The translations under genes were made by a program, and so were the position numbers. From the NCBI GenBank assembly GCA_949451605.1, contig CASTSB010000002.1, positions 116,771-180,770 on the forward strand: DNA of 64,000 nt, given 5' to 3'. Of the stretch, positions 1-9,490 are shown one piece after another (the first letter of the stretch is position 1; each line of letters opens with the position of its first letter). The stretch is from an uncultured Bacilli bacterium (GTDB lineage Bacteria; Bacillota_I; Bacilli_A; RF39; UBA660). The notes under the pieces were generated by a model. It was not told the DNA's origin, did not search any database, and saw only the letters and a list, made by a program, of their open reading frames with translations.

Positions 1-488
1 AAGCAGTATTTGTTCAAAAATTATTAAATATTTTTGATTTAAATGCTAAAATATTAAATAGAGATAAAGGATACATGATTTATATAAAAGAGGCAGAAAA
101 AATAAGCGACTATATAAAAATATTAGGTGCTAATAATGCTGTTATGTATTTTGAAAACGTTAGAGTTTATAGAGATCAAAAAAATAAAACCAATAGATTA
201 AATAATTGCGAGCAAGCAAATATTGATAAAGTTTTTCAAACAGCTTCCAAACAATTAGAGCAAATAGAAATAATAGAAAAAAATGGTGGTCTAAACTTAT
301 TAGATGAAAAAACACAAATAGCCCTTCAATATAGAAAAAAATATCCAGAAAGTTCTATTAAAGAATTATCTGAAATAATTTCAAGTGAAACAGGAAAACC
401 CTTAACAAAATCAGGCTTAAATCATCGCTTGAGAAAAATAAAAGAATTATCCGAAAAAATTAAGAAACAAGAGCAAAAGAATAATTAA
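1..488 (+). CDS. whiA: WhiA-family regulator, C-terminal portion (gene begins upstream of window)
   Basis: Open frame from window start (frame of 75..488). Translation KILNRDKGYMIYIKEAEKISDYIKILGANNAVMYFENVRVYRDQKN...NRLNNCEQANIDK matches the conserved WhiA middle and C-terminal HTH region. Confidence 0.7.
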   Translation, partial: AVFVQKLLNIFDLNAKILNRDKGYMIYIKEAEKISDYIKILGANNAVMYFENVRVYRDQKNKTNRLNNCEQANIDKVFQTASKQLEQIEIIEKNGGLNLLDEKTQIALQYRKKYPESSIKELSEIISSETGKPLTKSGLNHRLRKIKELSEKIKKQEQKNN

Positions 489-584
489 ATTAATTATTCT
501 TTTTTTAATATTAAAAAAAATTAAACATATAATTAAGATAAAATGTATGCTATACTGATAACATAGAATAGAAAGGATGATAAA

Positions 585-2240
585 ATGATAGAAAAGGTAG
601 AAGTTAAAATAAATGGAAAAACTTACCAGTTGACAAAAGGAATCACTTTAGAAGAAGTTTCTCATGACTTTGAAAAAGATTTTAAATATCCAATCCTTTT
701 AGCTAAAGTAAATAATAGAATTAGAGAACTTACATTTGCTCTTAAAGAAGATGCTGAAATTGAATTTCTTGATTTGACTTCTAGAGAAGGAAATAGATGT
801 CATATTAGTGGACTTACATATATTTTAATAGTTGCTATAAAAAAATTATATGGAAAAAAAGCTGATATAATTGTTCAACATTCATTAGATAAAGGAATTT
901 ATATTGAGACAAATTTCAAATTAACTAAAGAAAAAATAGAAGCAATAAAGTCTACTATGAATTCCATTATTAAAGCAGACATGCCTATTACTAAAGTTAC
1001 TATTGATAGAATAGAAGCAATAAATTATTTTGATGAAATTGGAGATCATACTAAAGCTGGAGTTATGAAATATAATACTAATACATATATAAATTTATAT
1101 AGATTAGGAAATTATTATAATTATTTTTACAATTTAATGTCTATTTCAACAGAAAGAATTAAAGATTATGACTTAACTTATATTAAAGAAAATGGCTTTT
1201 TATTAAGATTTCCAACAGTTTATATTAATAATAAAATAAAAGAATATGAGCCACATCCAAATATGTTTGATGTATTTAAAGAATATAGAGACTGGGCCAA
1301 GATTATGAATATTGAAAATTCAGTTTCATTAAATGAAGTAGTTTCAAAAGGCAAAATTAATGATTTAATAAAAATAGATGAAACTCTTCAAAGTAATAGA
1401 TTATTAAATGTAGCAAAAGAAATAAGTTCAAAAAAGAATAAAATAAAAATTGTTCTTCTTGCTGGACCATCATCTTCAGGAAAAACTACTACATCTAAAA
1501 AGCTATGCATGTATCTTGAAAGTTTTGGGCTTAATCCTAAAGTGTTATCCATGGATGATTATTTTGTTGAGCGAAGTGAAAATCCTGTTGGAAAAGATGG
1601 CAAACCAGATTATGAATGCTTAGAAGCTGTAGATTTAAAACTATTTGATAAACAAATAGCAGCTTTACTAAAAGGAGAAACTGTTAAGGCTCCAACCTTT
1701 AATTTTCAAATTGGGAAAAAAGATTTTAATAAAGAACTTCAATTACAAAAGAATGATATTCTAGTTATTGAAGGAATTCATGCTTTAGATAGAAAAATTC
1801 TTACTAATATTCCAAGAGATAAGAAATATAAGATTTATATCTCAGCATTAACAGAACTTAATATGGATAATCATAATAGAATCTCAACAACAGATAATAG
1901 ACTTCTAAGAAGAATAATTAGAGATAATAGAACTAGAGGTCATAGTGTTGAACATACTTTAGCAATGTGGCCAAGTGTAAGAGCAGGTGAAGAAAAATAC
2001 ATTTTCCCTTATCAAGACGAAGCTGACTATACAGTTAATTCTGCCTTAATATATGAACTTGGAGTTTTAAAAACTTATGTAGAGCCACTATTGTATTCAG
2101 TACCAAGTACTTCTAGCTATTATGAAGAAGCCAAAAGATTAATAGACTTTTTAAGATTATTTTTACCAATTCCATCTGATGCCATTCCACAAGACTCTAT
2201 TTTAAGAGAATTTATAGGCAATAGCTATTTTAGTGATTAA
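585..2240 (+). CDS. TGS-domain / uridine kinase (PRK-type P-loop nucleoside kinase) family protein
   Basis: 551 aa. N-terminal ThrRS-like TGS region. Walker A GPSSSGKTTTSKKL followed by a phosphoribulokinase/uridine-kinase-type domain. RBS aaaggatg upstream. Confidence 0.6.
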   Translation: MIEKVEVKINGKTYQLTKGITLEEVSHDFEKDFKYPILLAKVNNRIRELTFALKEDAEIEFLDLTSREGNRCHISGLTYILIVAIKKLYGKKADIIVQHSLDKGIYIETNFKLTKEKIEAIKSTMNSIIKADMPITKVTIDRIEAINYFDEIGDHTKAGVMKYNTNTYINLYRLGNYYNYFYNLMSISTERIKDYDLTYIKENGFLLRFPTVYINNKIKEYEPHPNMFDVFKEYRDWAKIMNIENSVSLNEVVSKGKINDLIKIDETLQSNRLLNVAKEISSKKNKIKIVLLAGPSSSGKTTTSKKLCMYLESFGLNPKVLSMDDYFVERSENPVGKDGKPDYECLEAVDLKLFDKQIAALLKGETVKAPTFNFQIGKKDFNKELQLQKNDILVIEGIHALDRKILTNIPRDKKYKIYISALTELNMDNHNRISTTDNRLLRRIIRDNRTRGHSVEHTLAMWPSVRAGEEKYIFPYQDEADYTVNSALIYELGVLKTYVEPLLYSVPSTSSYYEEAKRLIDFLRLFLPIPSDAIPQDSILREFIGNSYFSD

Positions 2241-2242
2241 AA

Positions 2243-2268
2243 ATATCCACAGAAACTGTGGATATTTT
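2243..2268 (+). terminator. rho-independent terminator
   Basis: Inverted repeat atatccacag-aaa-ctgtggatat followed by a T-run. Confidence 0.6.
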
Positions 2269-2354
2269 CTTTACAATTTTTTATGTCAAAAAAAGACGAG
2301 TTTATTGAAACAAAAAATAAAAATTTATATAATAAATTTAGGAGGATAGATAAA

Positions 2355-3359
2355 ATGATAAAAGTAGCAATTAATGGTTTTGGAAGAATAGGTAGACTAG
2401 CATTCAGACTTATGGAAGAAAGTGATGAGTTTGAAGTAGTAGCTATCAATGACTTAACAGATGCTGAACAACTAGCATATTTATTAAAATATGATACTAA
2501 TCATAGAAATTATCGAATTAATGAAATAAGAAGTGAAGAAGATAACATTATAGTAGGAAATAGAAAAATTAAAGTTTATGCCGAAAAAGATCCAAGTGCC
2601 CTTCCTTGGAAGGATTTAGACATTGATGTAGTATTTGAATGTACAGGAATATTTACATCAGATGAAAAAGCATCAGCTCATATTACTGCAGGTGCTAAAA
2701 AAGTTATAATTTCTGCTCCAGCTAAAGGAGATGTTAAAACAATTGTTTATAACGTTAACCACGAAATATTAACTGGAGATGAAAAAATTATTTCAGCAGC
2801 AAGCTGTACTACAAATTGTTTAGCACCAGTAGTAGATGTTTTAGATAAAGAATTTAAAATAAATAAAGGATATATGACTACAGTACATGCTTATACAAAC
2901 GATCAAGCAACTCTAGATGTTCCTCATAAAAAAGGAATTAAAGCTCGCCGTGGAAGAGCTTGTGCAGCAAACATTGTTCCAGCTTCAACTGGAGCAGCAT
3001 CAGCAATTGGAAAAGTATGTCCTTCATTAGATGGAAAATTAGAAGGTACTGCAATGAGAGTCCCTGTTCCAACAGGTTCAGTAATTGATTTAGTTCTTGA
3101 ATTAGGAAGAAATACAACTGTTGAAGAAATTAATTCAGTTCTTAAAAACGCAACTAATGAAACATTAGAATATACAGAAGATCCTATTGTTTCAAGTGAC
3201 GTTATTGGAAGACAATGTGGTTCATTAGTAGACGGACTTTCAACATCTGTTTTAGAAGTAGATGGAAAACAACTAGTAAAAGTAGTTTCATGGTATGATA
3301 ATGAAATGAGCTATACTGTCCAAATGGTAAGAACTGCAAAATATTTAATGAATAAATAA
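2355..3359 (+). CDS. gap: glyceraldehyde-3-phosphate dehydrogenase
   Basis: MIKVAINGFGRIGR NAD-binding N-terminus and catalytic SCTTNCLAP motif. The start at ATG 2355 is chosen because it follows RBS aggagg; the track ORF begins earlier at 2283. Confidence 0.93.
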   Translation: MIKVAINGFGRIGRLAFRLMEESDEFEVVAINDLTDAEQLAYLLKYDTNHRNYRINEIRSEEDNIIVGNRKIKVYAEKDPSALPWKDLDIDVVFECTGIFTSDEKASAHITAGAKKVIISAPAKGDVKTIVYNVNHEILTGDEKIISAASCTTNCLAPVVDVLDKEFKINKGYMTTVHAYTNDQATLDVPHKKGIKARRGRACAANIVPASTGAASAIGKVCPSLDGKLEGTAMRVPVPTGSVIDLVLELGRNTTVEEINSVLKNATNETLEYTEDPIVSSDVIGRQCGSLVDGLSTSVLEVDGKQLVKVVSWYDNEMSYTVQMVRTAKYLMNK

Positions 3360-3365
3360 TTTACA

Positions 3366-3395
3366 GATAAGAGGAGAAATCCTCTTTTTTTAGAA
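3366..3395 (+). terminator. putative terminator
   Basis: agaggagaaatcctct hairpin followed by tttttt. Confidence 0.45.
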
Positions 3396-3457
3396 GAAAA
3401 ATATTTTTTAATATTAAAAAAAATGATATACTCAAAATAAGACAGGAGAAAAATCGG

Positions 3458-4636
3458 ATGAAGACAATAAAAGATTTAAATATAGAAAACAAAAAAGTTT
3501 TAATACGTTGTGATTTTAATGTTCCAATAAAAGAAGGAAAAATTGTAGATGACACAAGAATTGTTGGAGCATTAGAAACTATAAATTATGCTTTAGAAAA
3601 AAATGCTAAAGTTATTTTATTATCTCACCTTGGCAGAGTAAAAGAAAAAGCTGACTTAGAAAAAAATACTTTAGCACCAGTAGCTATCAGATTAAGTGAG
3701 TTATTAAATAAAAAAGTTAAATTTATTAAGACTACTAGAGGAGAAGAATTAGAAGTTGCCATTAACAACATGAATAATGGCGATATCATTTTAGTAGAAA
3801 ATACAAGATATGAAGATTTAGATGGTAAAAAAGAAAGTTCTAATGATGAAGAGTTAGGTGCATATTGGGCATCTCTTGGTGATGTTTATATTAATGATGC
3901 TTTTGGAACAATCCATAGAGCTCATGCTTCTAATGTGGGTATTCCTAATAATTTACGAGGAAATTCTGCTTTCGGATTTTTAATAGAAAAAGAATTCAAT
4001 GCTTTAAGTACATTAGAAAGTCCTGATAGACCATTTATTGTAATTTTAGGAGGAGCTAAAGTCTCTGATAAGATTGGAGTTATTGAAAATCTAGTTACCA
4101 AAGCAGATAACATTTTAATAGGTGGAGGTATGGCTTTTACTTTTTTAAAGGCTAAAGGTTTAAATATTGGAAAGTCTCTACTCGATGAAGATAATATAGA
4201 ATTTTGTAAAAGTATATTAGAAAAATATCCAGATAAAATAATTTTACCAATTGATACAGCCATAACTAATGAATACACTAATGATGAAGAATACAGAATT
4301 AAAGAAATAAATCAATTAGACAACAATGAAATGGGACTAGATATTGGACCAAAAACTGTAGAGTTATTTGAAAGTTATTTAATAAACGCTAAAACAGTTA
4401 TTTGGAATGGTCCACTTGGTGTTTACGAATTTGATAAATATAAAATAAATACTGACCACCTTCTAGAATACCTAGTATCTCATAATATAAAAACCATTTT
4501 AGGTGGAGGAGATATTGTTGCTGCATCTACTAAAGCTGGCTTAAAAGATAAGGTTTATCATGCTTCAACTGGTGGTGGAGCCACACTAGAATATTTAGAA
4601 GGAAAAAAATTACCAGGAATAGAAGCTATTAAATAA
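3458..4636 (+). CDS. pgk: phosphoglycerate kinase
   Basis: 392 aa with canonical PGK N-terminus (LIRCDFNVP) and C-terminal nucleotide-binding motifs. Confidence 0.93.
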   Translation: MKTIKDLNIENKKVLIRCDFNVPIKEGKIVDDTRIVGALETINYALEKNAKVILLSHLGRVKEKADLEKNTLAPVAIRLSELLNKKVKFIKTTRGEELEVAINNMNNGDIILVENTRYEDLDGKKESSNDEELGAYWASLGDVYINDAFGTIHRAHASNVGIPNNLRGNSAFGFLIEKEFNALSTLESPDRPFIVILGGAKVSDKIGVIENLVTKADNILIGGGMAFTFLKAKGLNIGKSLLDEDNIEFCKSILEKYPDKIILPIDTAITNEYTNDEEYRIKEINQLDNNEMGLDIGPKTVELFESYLINAKTVIWNGPLGVYEFDKYKINTDHLLEYLVSHNIKTILGGGDIVAASTKAGLKDKVYHASTGGGATLEYLEGKKLPGIEAIK

Positions 4637-4647
4637 AGTGGGTGAGT

Positions 4648-5148
4648 ATGTTGAATACAGAAAGACTATATATTGCAAATCCTTATGATGATGACAATAT
4701 AGAATTATATGAAGAGTTCGAAAAGAAAAATGAAATTACTACAAAGACTTCTACCTATTTAAAAGAAATAAGAGTTGCATACTCAAAAGAAATGTATGAG
4801 AGTTTAGAAAAAAGTAAAAATGAAATCAATCAAAATTTATACATTATGAAAGATTCTAAAATAATAGATAGTTGTTATATTAAAGCGGAAAAAGATAGAA
4901 AAGTCTGTGAATTATTTTTTGCGCCTTTAAAAATAGAACCTAAAAACAGAACTCTTTTATCAACCGTAAGTAATTATGTATTCAATATATTAGGCATGGA
5001 AGAAATATTTATTTCCATAGATACTCAAGATAAAAACTTAAAATCTAACCTAGAAGTTAAAGGATTTGAAAATCTAGGAGAAGTTAATGGAAAATTGACA
5101 TATTTAAAAGAAAAAGAAGAAATAAGAGAAATGAAAAGAGCAAGATAA
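4648..5148 (+). CDS. hypothetical protein, possibly a divergent GNAT-type acetyltransferase
   Basis: ATG 4648 follows RBS ggtgag; the track start at 4642 is a GTG. The N-terminus ERLYIANPYDDD resembles the RimJ/RimL-type 'ETERLILRP' start, but the match is weak. Confidence 0.35.
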   Translation: MLNTERLYIANPYDDDNIELYEEFEKKNEITTKTSTYLKEIRVAYSKEMYESLEKSKNEINQNLYIMKDSKIIDSCYIKAEKDRKVCELFFAPLKIEPKNRTLLSTVSNYVFNILGMEEIFISIDTQDKNLKSNLEVKGFENLGEVNGKLTYLKEKEEIREMKRAR

Positions 5149-6158
5149 TGAAATTAATCAAAGAAATTAAGAAAAACACAATATTTTTATTATTAATTAC
5201 GCTAGTAGTATTATTTGTAATATTTAAAGATAGCTATCATGATATTATTAATACACTTGCCTCTATGAACAAAGTATACATACTCATAGCAGTATTCTTT
5301 TTCTTTTTGTCTATTTTTATAAAATCGATAGCAAATTATATAATAATCAATGATGATAATAAGATGAGTTTAAAAGAATGCTTTAAACACGATCTTATAA
5401 TTCAATTTTTTAATGGTATAACTCCTTTTTCAACAGGAGGACAACCTATGGAAATATATATGCTTACAGAGCACAATATCAGTGGAATTAAGGCAACTAA
5501 TATTTCCATTCAAAACTTTATATTTTATCAAACAGCTTTAGTATTATATGGATTGCTAGCAGTTTTATATAATTATATCTTTAAATTATTTCCAAAATCT
5601 CCTGTGTTAAGCAAATTAGTATTATTAGGATTTCTTATAAATTCTTTTGTAGCTATTGTTTTACTTTGTATTTTAATTTCAAAAACTTTAACCAAAAGAA
5701 TAGCACATTTCTTTATAGAATTATTTAGTAAAATAAGACTTATTAAAGATAAGGAAAAAACACTTTTAAATATAGATAATAAATTAGATGAATTTCACGA
5801 AAGTGCATTAATGCTAAGAAAAAGAAAAGGTTTATTTTTAACTGGAATTATTTTACATTTTCTTAGTTTAACCTTTGCATACATTATTCCTCTTATAATT
5901 GTATATAGTATTAATGACTTTACTAGTTTAACTATTATGGAAGCAATTACTTGCTCAGCTTATGTTTTGTTAATAGGAGCTTTTGTTCCAATTCCAGGAG
6001 CAAGTGGTGGAATTGAATTTGGGTTCTTACAGTTCTATGGACATTTCTTAAGTAGCAATGTTATTTCAGGAGTATTGATCGCTTGGAGATTTATTACATA
6101 TTATTTAGGTATTATTATAGGTGCCTTAGTGTTTAATTTTGAAAAGAAGGTGGACTAA
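5148..6158 (+). CDS. multi-pass membrane protein, flippase-like / lysylphosphatidylglycerol-synthase TM-domain family (UPF0104-like)
   Basis: 336 aa with about 8 predicted TM helices. Translationally coupled to the downstream glycosyltransferase, an arrangement typical of glycolipid synthase/flippase pairs. Confidence 0.5.
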   Translation: MKLIKEIKKNTIFLLLITLVVLFVIFKDSYHDIINTLASMNKVYILIAVFFFFLSIFIKSIANYIIINDDNKMSLKECFKHDLIIQFFNGITPFSTGGQPMEIYMLTEHNISGIKATNISIQNFIFYQTALVLYGLLAVLYNYIFKLFPKSPVLSKLVLLGFLINSFVAIVLLCILISKTLTKRIAHFFIELFSKIRLIKDKEKTLLNIDNKLDEFHESALMLRKRKGLFLTGIILHFLSLTFAYIIPLIIVYSINDFTSLTIMEAITCSAYVLLIGAFVPIPGASGGIEFGFLQFYGHFLSSNVISGVLIAWRFITYYLGIIIGALVFNFEKKVD

Positions 6159-7394
6159 ATGAGAATAGGATTATTTACAGATTCTTATCCTCCATTTATT
6201 AATGGAGTTTCAACTAGTGTAGCAATGCTTAAAAAGGCATTAGAAAAAGAAGGCAATATTGTTTATGTAGTTACGGTAAGTCATAATGTCTTAAAATATG
6301 AATATGATGAAAAAGAAAGAATATTAAAGATTCCAGGCATACCAATAGGTATTTATGACTATAGACTAAGTAGAATTTATCCAGTTTCTATGATTAATAA
6401 AATGAAAAATTGGAAACTAGATGTAATTCACTCCCATACAGAATTTGGAATAGGAATACTAGCGCGACTATTTGCCAAACAATTTAATCTGCCTCTTGTT
6501 CATACTTACCATACTTTATATGAAGATTATACACATTATATAACTCATGGTTATTTTGATAAATCAAGCAAAAAGATAGTAGAGTATTTAACTAAATTCT
6601 ATTGCGATAAAACAGCCAATGAGTTAATCGTACCAACAAACAAAATATATAGACTTTTTAAAGATAAATATAATTTTGAAAAAAATATTCATATAATTCC
6701 TACAGGAATTGAAGTTGATCGTTTCTTTGTAGAAAACGTAAACAAAAAAGAAGTTGATACATTAAGAAAAAGGTTAAATTTAAAAAGAAAAGACTTTGTA
6801 ATTCTCTTTGTAGGAAGACTAGCAGAAGAAAAAAATGTTGAGTTTCTAATAAATGCCCAAAAAACAATTAATAACTATGATAAAAATATTAAATTATTAA
6901 TAGTAGGAGATGGCCCAGATAAGCCAAAATATGAAGAATTAGCAAGATCATTAGGACTAGAAGATAGTGTTATATTTAATGGAAAAGCTGCTTGGGAAGA
7001 AATTCCAATTTATTATCATGTCTGTGACATATTTGCAACAGCATCAACAACAGAAACGCAAGGATTAACTGTTATAGAAGCTATGGCTTCAGGAAAAACA
7101 CCATTATGTATTAAAGATGATTCCTTCTTAGGAACAGTGACAGATGGATTAAATGGTAGAATTTTTACTACTGACGAAGAATATATTTCTCAAGTATTTG
7201 AACTATTTAACAATCCCAATATTAGAAAAAAATATAATGATCAAGCTAGAATTCAAGCAGAACATTTTAGCTCAAAAACTTATGCACAAAGCGTGTTAGT
7301 TGTTTATAAAAGAGCATTAAAAGACAAGACTGAAGAAGATAGATTTGGATTTATTTCAAGAATTATAAAGAAAGTGAGAGAATTAAGTAAATGA
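6159..7394 (+). CDS. GT4-family glycosyltransferase (diacylglycerol glycosyltransferase-like)
   Basis: N-terminus MRIGLFTDSYPPFINGVSTSV and C-terminal GT-B region with a conserved E...E motif region. Confidence 0.75.
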   Translation: MRIGLFTDSYPPFINGVSTSVAMLKKALEKEGNIVYVVTVSHNVLKYEYDEKERILKIPGIPIGIYDYRLSRIYPVSMINKMKNWKLDVIHSHTEFGIGILARLFAKQFNLPLVHTYHTLYEDYTHYITHGYFDKSSKKIVEYLTKFYCDKTANELIVPTNKIYRLFKDKYNFEKNIHIIPTGIEVDRFFVENVNKKEVDTLRKRLNLKRKDFVILFVGRLAEEKNVEFLINAQKTINNYDKNIKLLIVGDGPDKPKYEELARSLGLEDSVIFNGKAAWEEIPIYYHVCDIFATASTTETQGLTVIEAMASGKTPLCIKDDSFLGTVTDGLNGRIFTTDEEYISQVFELFNNPNIRKKYNDQARIQAEHFSSKTYAQSVLVVYKRALKDKTEEDRFGFISRIIKKVRELSK

Positions 7395-8089
7395 TAGTAG
7401 CCTTAAATAATAAATGTAATTTAAATAAAAATGAGTTTATAAGTTATTTAAAAGAATTGGAAAATATTAATACAAATCATGAAATGATATTATGTCCTTC
7501 TTTTCTAAATATAGCTTTATTTAATAATGAATCAAATATAAAACTTGCAGCTCAAAATGTTAGTGAAAATCTAAATGGCGCTCATACAGGAGAGGTATCT
7601 GCAGAACAATTAAAATCTTTTGATGTAGAATATTGTATAATAGGGCATTCTGAAAGAAGAAAAGATCAAAAAGAAGCAAATGAAGAAATAGCTAATAAAA
7701 TGGAAAGGCTTATAGAAGAAGGTATTATTCCTATATTATGTGTAGGTGAAACTAAAGAAGAAAGAGAAAACAGTAAAGAAAAAGAAATTATAAAACAAGA
7801 GCTAGAAATTGCTTTTTCAAAAATTAATTATGAAGATACAAAAAAAGTAATTATTGCCTATGAACCTATTTGGTCAATAGGAACAGGAATTATTCCAACT
7901 AATGAACAAATTAATGATATTTTTAAATTTATAAAAGATAATTATCCAGAAAATAAAGTTTTATATGGTGGAAGTGCCAACGAAAATAATATAGAAACAT
8001 TAAAAGAATGCAAAGATATAGATGGTTATCTATTAGGTGGCTTAAGCTTAAAACCATCCAAATTAAGCGAGTTTGTAAATAAGATGTAA
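7391..8089 (+). CDS. tpiA: triosephosphate isomerase
   Basis: 232 aa with the AYEPIWSIGTG catalytic loop. The start overlaps the upstream GT4 stop (ATGA). Confidence 0.9.
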   Translation: MIVALNNKCNLNKNEFISYLKELENINTNHEMILCPSFLNIALFNNESNIKLAAQNVSENLNGAHTGEVSAEQLKSFDVEYCIIGHSERRKDQKEANEEIANKMERLIEEGIIPILCVGETKEERENSKEKEIIKQELEIAFSKINYEDTKKVIIAYEPIWSIGTGIIPTNEQINDIFKFIKDNYPENKVLYGGSANENNIETLKECKDIDGYLLGGLSLKPSKLSEFVNKM

Positions 8090-8099
8090 AATATTAAAA

Positions 8100-8106
8100 T
8101 TCGACA
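8100..8106 (-). promoter_or_regulatory. putative Spo0A '0A box' (TGTCGAA) upstream of the spo0A-like gene
   Basis: The reverse complement of ttcgaca is TGTCGAA, which matches the TGNCGAA consensus. It is a single heptamer. Confidence 0.2.
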
Positions 8107-8218
8107 AAGATAGTCTTCTTTCTCTCTTTTATTTTGTAGAAATGTGTTATACAATGATTATGCTAAGCAGTGTAGTTCAATATAAGTAGTTTTATTGCAG
8201 TTAAGATAAGGAGAGCAA

Positions 8219-8989
8219 ATGAAAACAATTAATCTATTAGTTATTGAAGATAACAAAGACTTAGTAGTAACAATGAAGAAATACTTCGAAAAGAATTCTA
8301 ATATTAAAATAAGTTTTGAAGCTAATGATGGAGAAGAAGCAGAAAGACTTATTACATCTAAACAAGATGAATATGATTTAATATTATTAGAACCTTTATT
8401 ACCTAAAAAAGATGGTCTAAGTGTATTAGAATTTATGAAAGATAAAAATATTGATAAAAAAGTTATAATATTTAGTTCTTATAAAGATACAGATATTCTT
8501 AAAAGATCTAAAGAATTAAATATTGCATATTATATGTTAAAACCTTTCGAATTAGATATCTTGGAAAGAAGAATAATTTCTATAGCACAAGATATTAAAG
8601 AAAGCGGAAGTATACTAAATCACGAATTAGTAGAGTTACAAAAACAAGTAACTAAAGTAATCCATGAACTTGGTGTTCCTTCTAACTTGAAAGGTTATAA
8701 CTATTTAAGAGAAGGTATTATGCTAGTTTATTATGATTCTAATCTAGCACATACTATAACAAAAGGCCTATATCCTAAGATTGCGGATAAGTTTTCATCA
8801 ACAGAATCTAGAGTTGAACGTTCAATGAGACATGCTATAGAAGTTAGTTGGAATAGAGGAAACTGGGATATGATGGAAGAAATATTTGGTTATAGTGTAA
8901 GTATAGATAAATCTAAGCCCACAAACTCAGAGTTTATCGTGACTATAGCTGACATGTTAAGATTAGAAAATAACATTTCAAATATATAA
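8219..8989 (+). CDS. spo0A: Spo0A-family response regulator (receiver + Spo0A_C DNA-binding domain), atypical receiver
   Basis: The C-terminal IHELGVPSNLKGYNYLREGI...SRVERSMRHAIEVSWNRGN...KSKPTNSEFI is nearly identical to the Spo0A recognition-helix region. The receiver has E at the phospho-acceptor position (DLILLEPLLPKKDG, where Bsu has DVLVLDIIMPHLDG). Confidence 0.85.
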   Translation: MKTINLLVIEDNKDLVVTMKKYFEKNSNIKISFEANDGEEAERLITSKQDEYDLILLEPLLPKKDGLSVLEFMKDKNIDKKVIIFSSYKDTDILKRSKELNIAYYMLKPFELDILERRIISIAQDIKESGSILNHELVELQKQVTKVIHELGVPSNLKGYNYLREGIMLVYYDSNLAHTITKGLYPKIADKFSSTESRVERSMRHAIEVSWNRGNWDMMEEIFGYSVSIDKSKPTNSEFIVTIADMLRLENNISNI

Positions 8990-8990
8990 A

Positions 8991-9022
8991 AATGATAGTT
9001 AGCTATCGTTTTTTTTTATACT
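8991..9022 (+). terminator. putative terminator
   Basis: atgatag-ttag-ctatcgt hairpin followed by ttttttttt. Confidence 0.5.
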
Positions 9023-9116
9023 ACATTGACGAACAAAAGTTTGTGTAATATAATAAAAAATAGATACAAACTATTTATAATTATAAAGATATAGTTTTTT
9101 TAAGAGGTGACATTAT

Positions 9117-9419
9117 ATGAAAATAATTACTATATGTGGAAGCATGAGATTTAAAAAAGAAATGATTGAAATAGCAACTAAATTAGAATTAGATGGCAAC
9201 CTTGTTATTCAATGCGTATATTTTCAAGAAGAAAAGAAATTAACTAGTTCGGATTTAGATATTTTAGGAAAAATACATTATAAAAAAATTGAAATAAGTG
9301 ATGCTATATATGTCGTAAATGTAAATGGCTATATAGGAGAGTCTACAAAAAAAGAAATTGATTATGCACATTTTTTAAACAAAGAAGTTTTATTTTTAGA
9401 ACCCTTTTCCAATATATAA
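9117..9419 (+). CDS. hypothetical small protein (possibly a nucleoside 2-deoxyribosyltransferase-like fold)
   Basis: 100 aa with RBS agaggtga upstream. No confident motif was found. Confidence 0.4.
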   Translation: MKIITICGSMRFKKEMIEIATKLELDGNLVIQCVYFQEEKKLTSSDLDILGKIHYKKIEISDAIYVVNVNGYIGESTKKEIDYAHFLNKEVLFLEPFSNI

Positions 9420-9490
9420 TGTATAAACTTGACTTTAATGCATAAAAAAACTATACTTAATTTATAAAATGTGTGAGGAGGGAACAGTTT

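Noticed and set aside
2237-2449. Antisense or alternative-frame ORFs inside well-supported genes. Examples: 2237-2449(-), 3361-3555(-), 3922-4278(-), 13012-13209(-), 19998-20219(-), 23437-23619(-), 24357-24551(+), 27708-28028(-), 28622-28858(-), 29898-30140(-), 37890-38084(-), 45192-45419(-), 46488-46787(-), 47834-48073(-), 54125-54310(-), 55620-55829(-).
   Set aside because: Each lies entirely within a longer ORF that has clear homology, motifs or operon context on the other strand or frame. They have Leu/Ile/Phe-rich low-complexity translations typical of AT-rich antisense frames, and no RBS.
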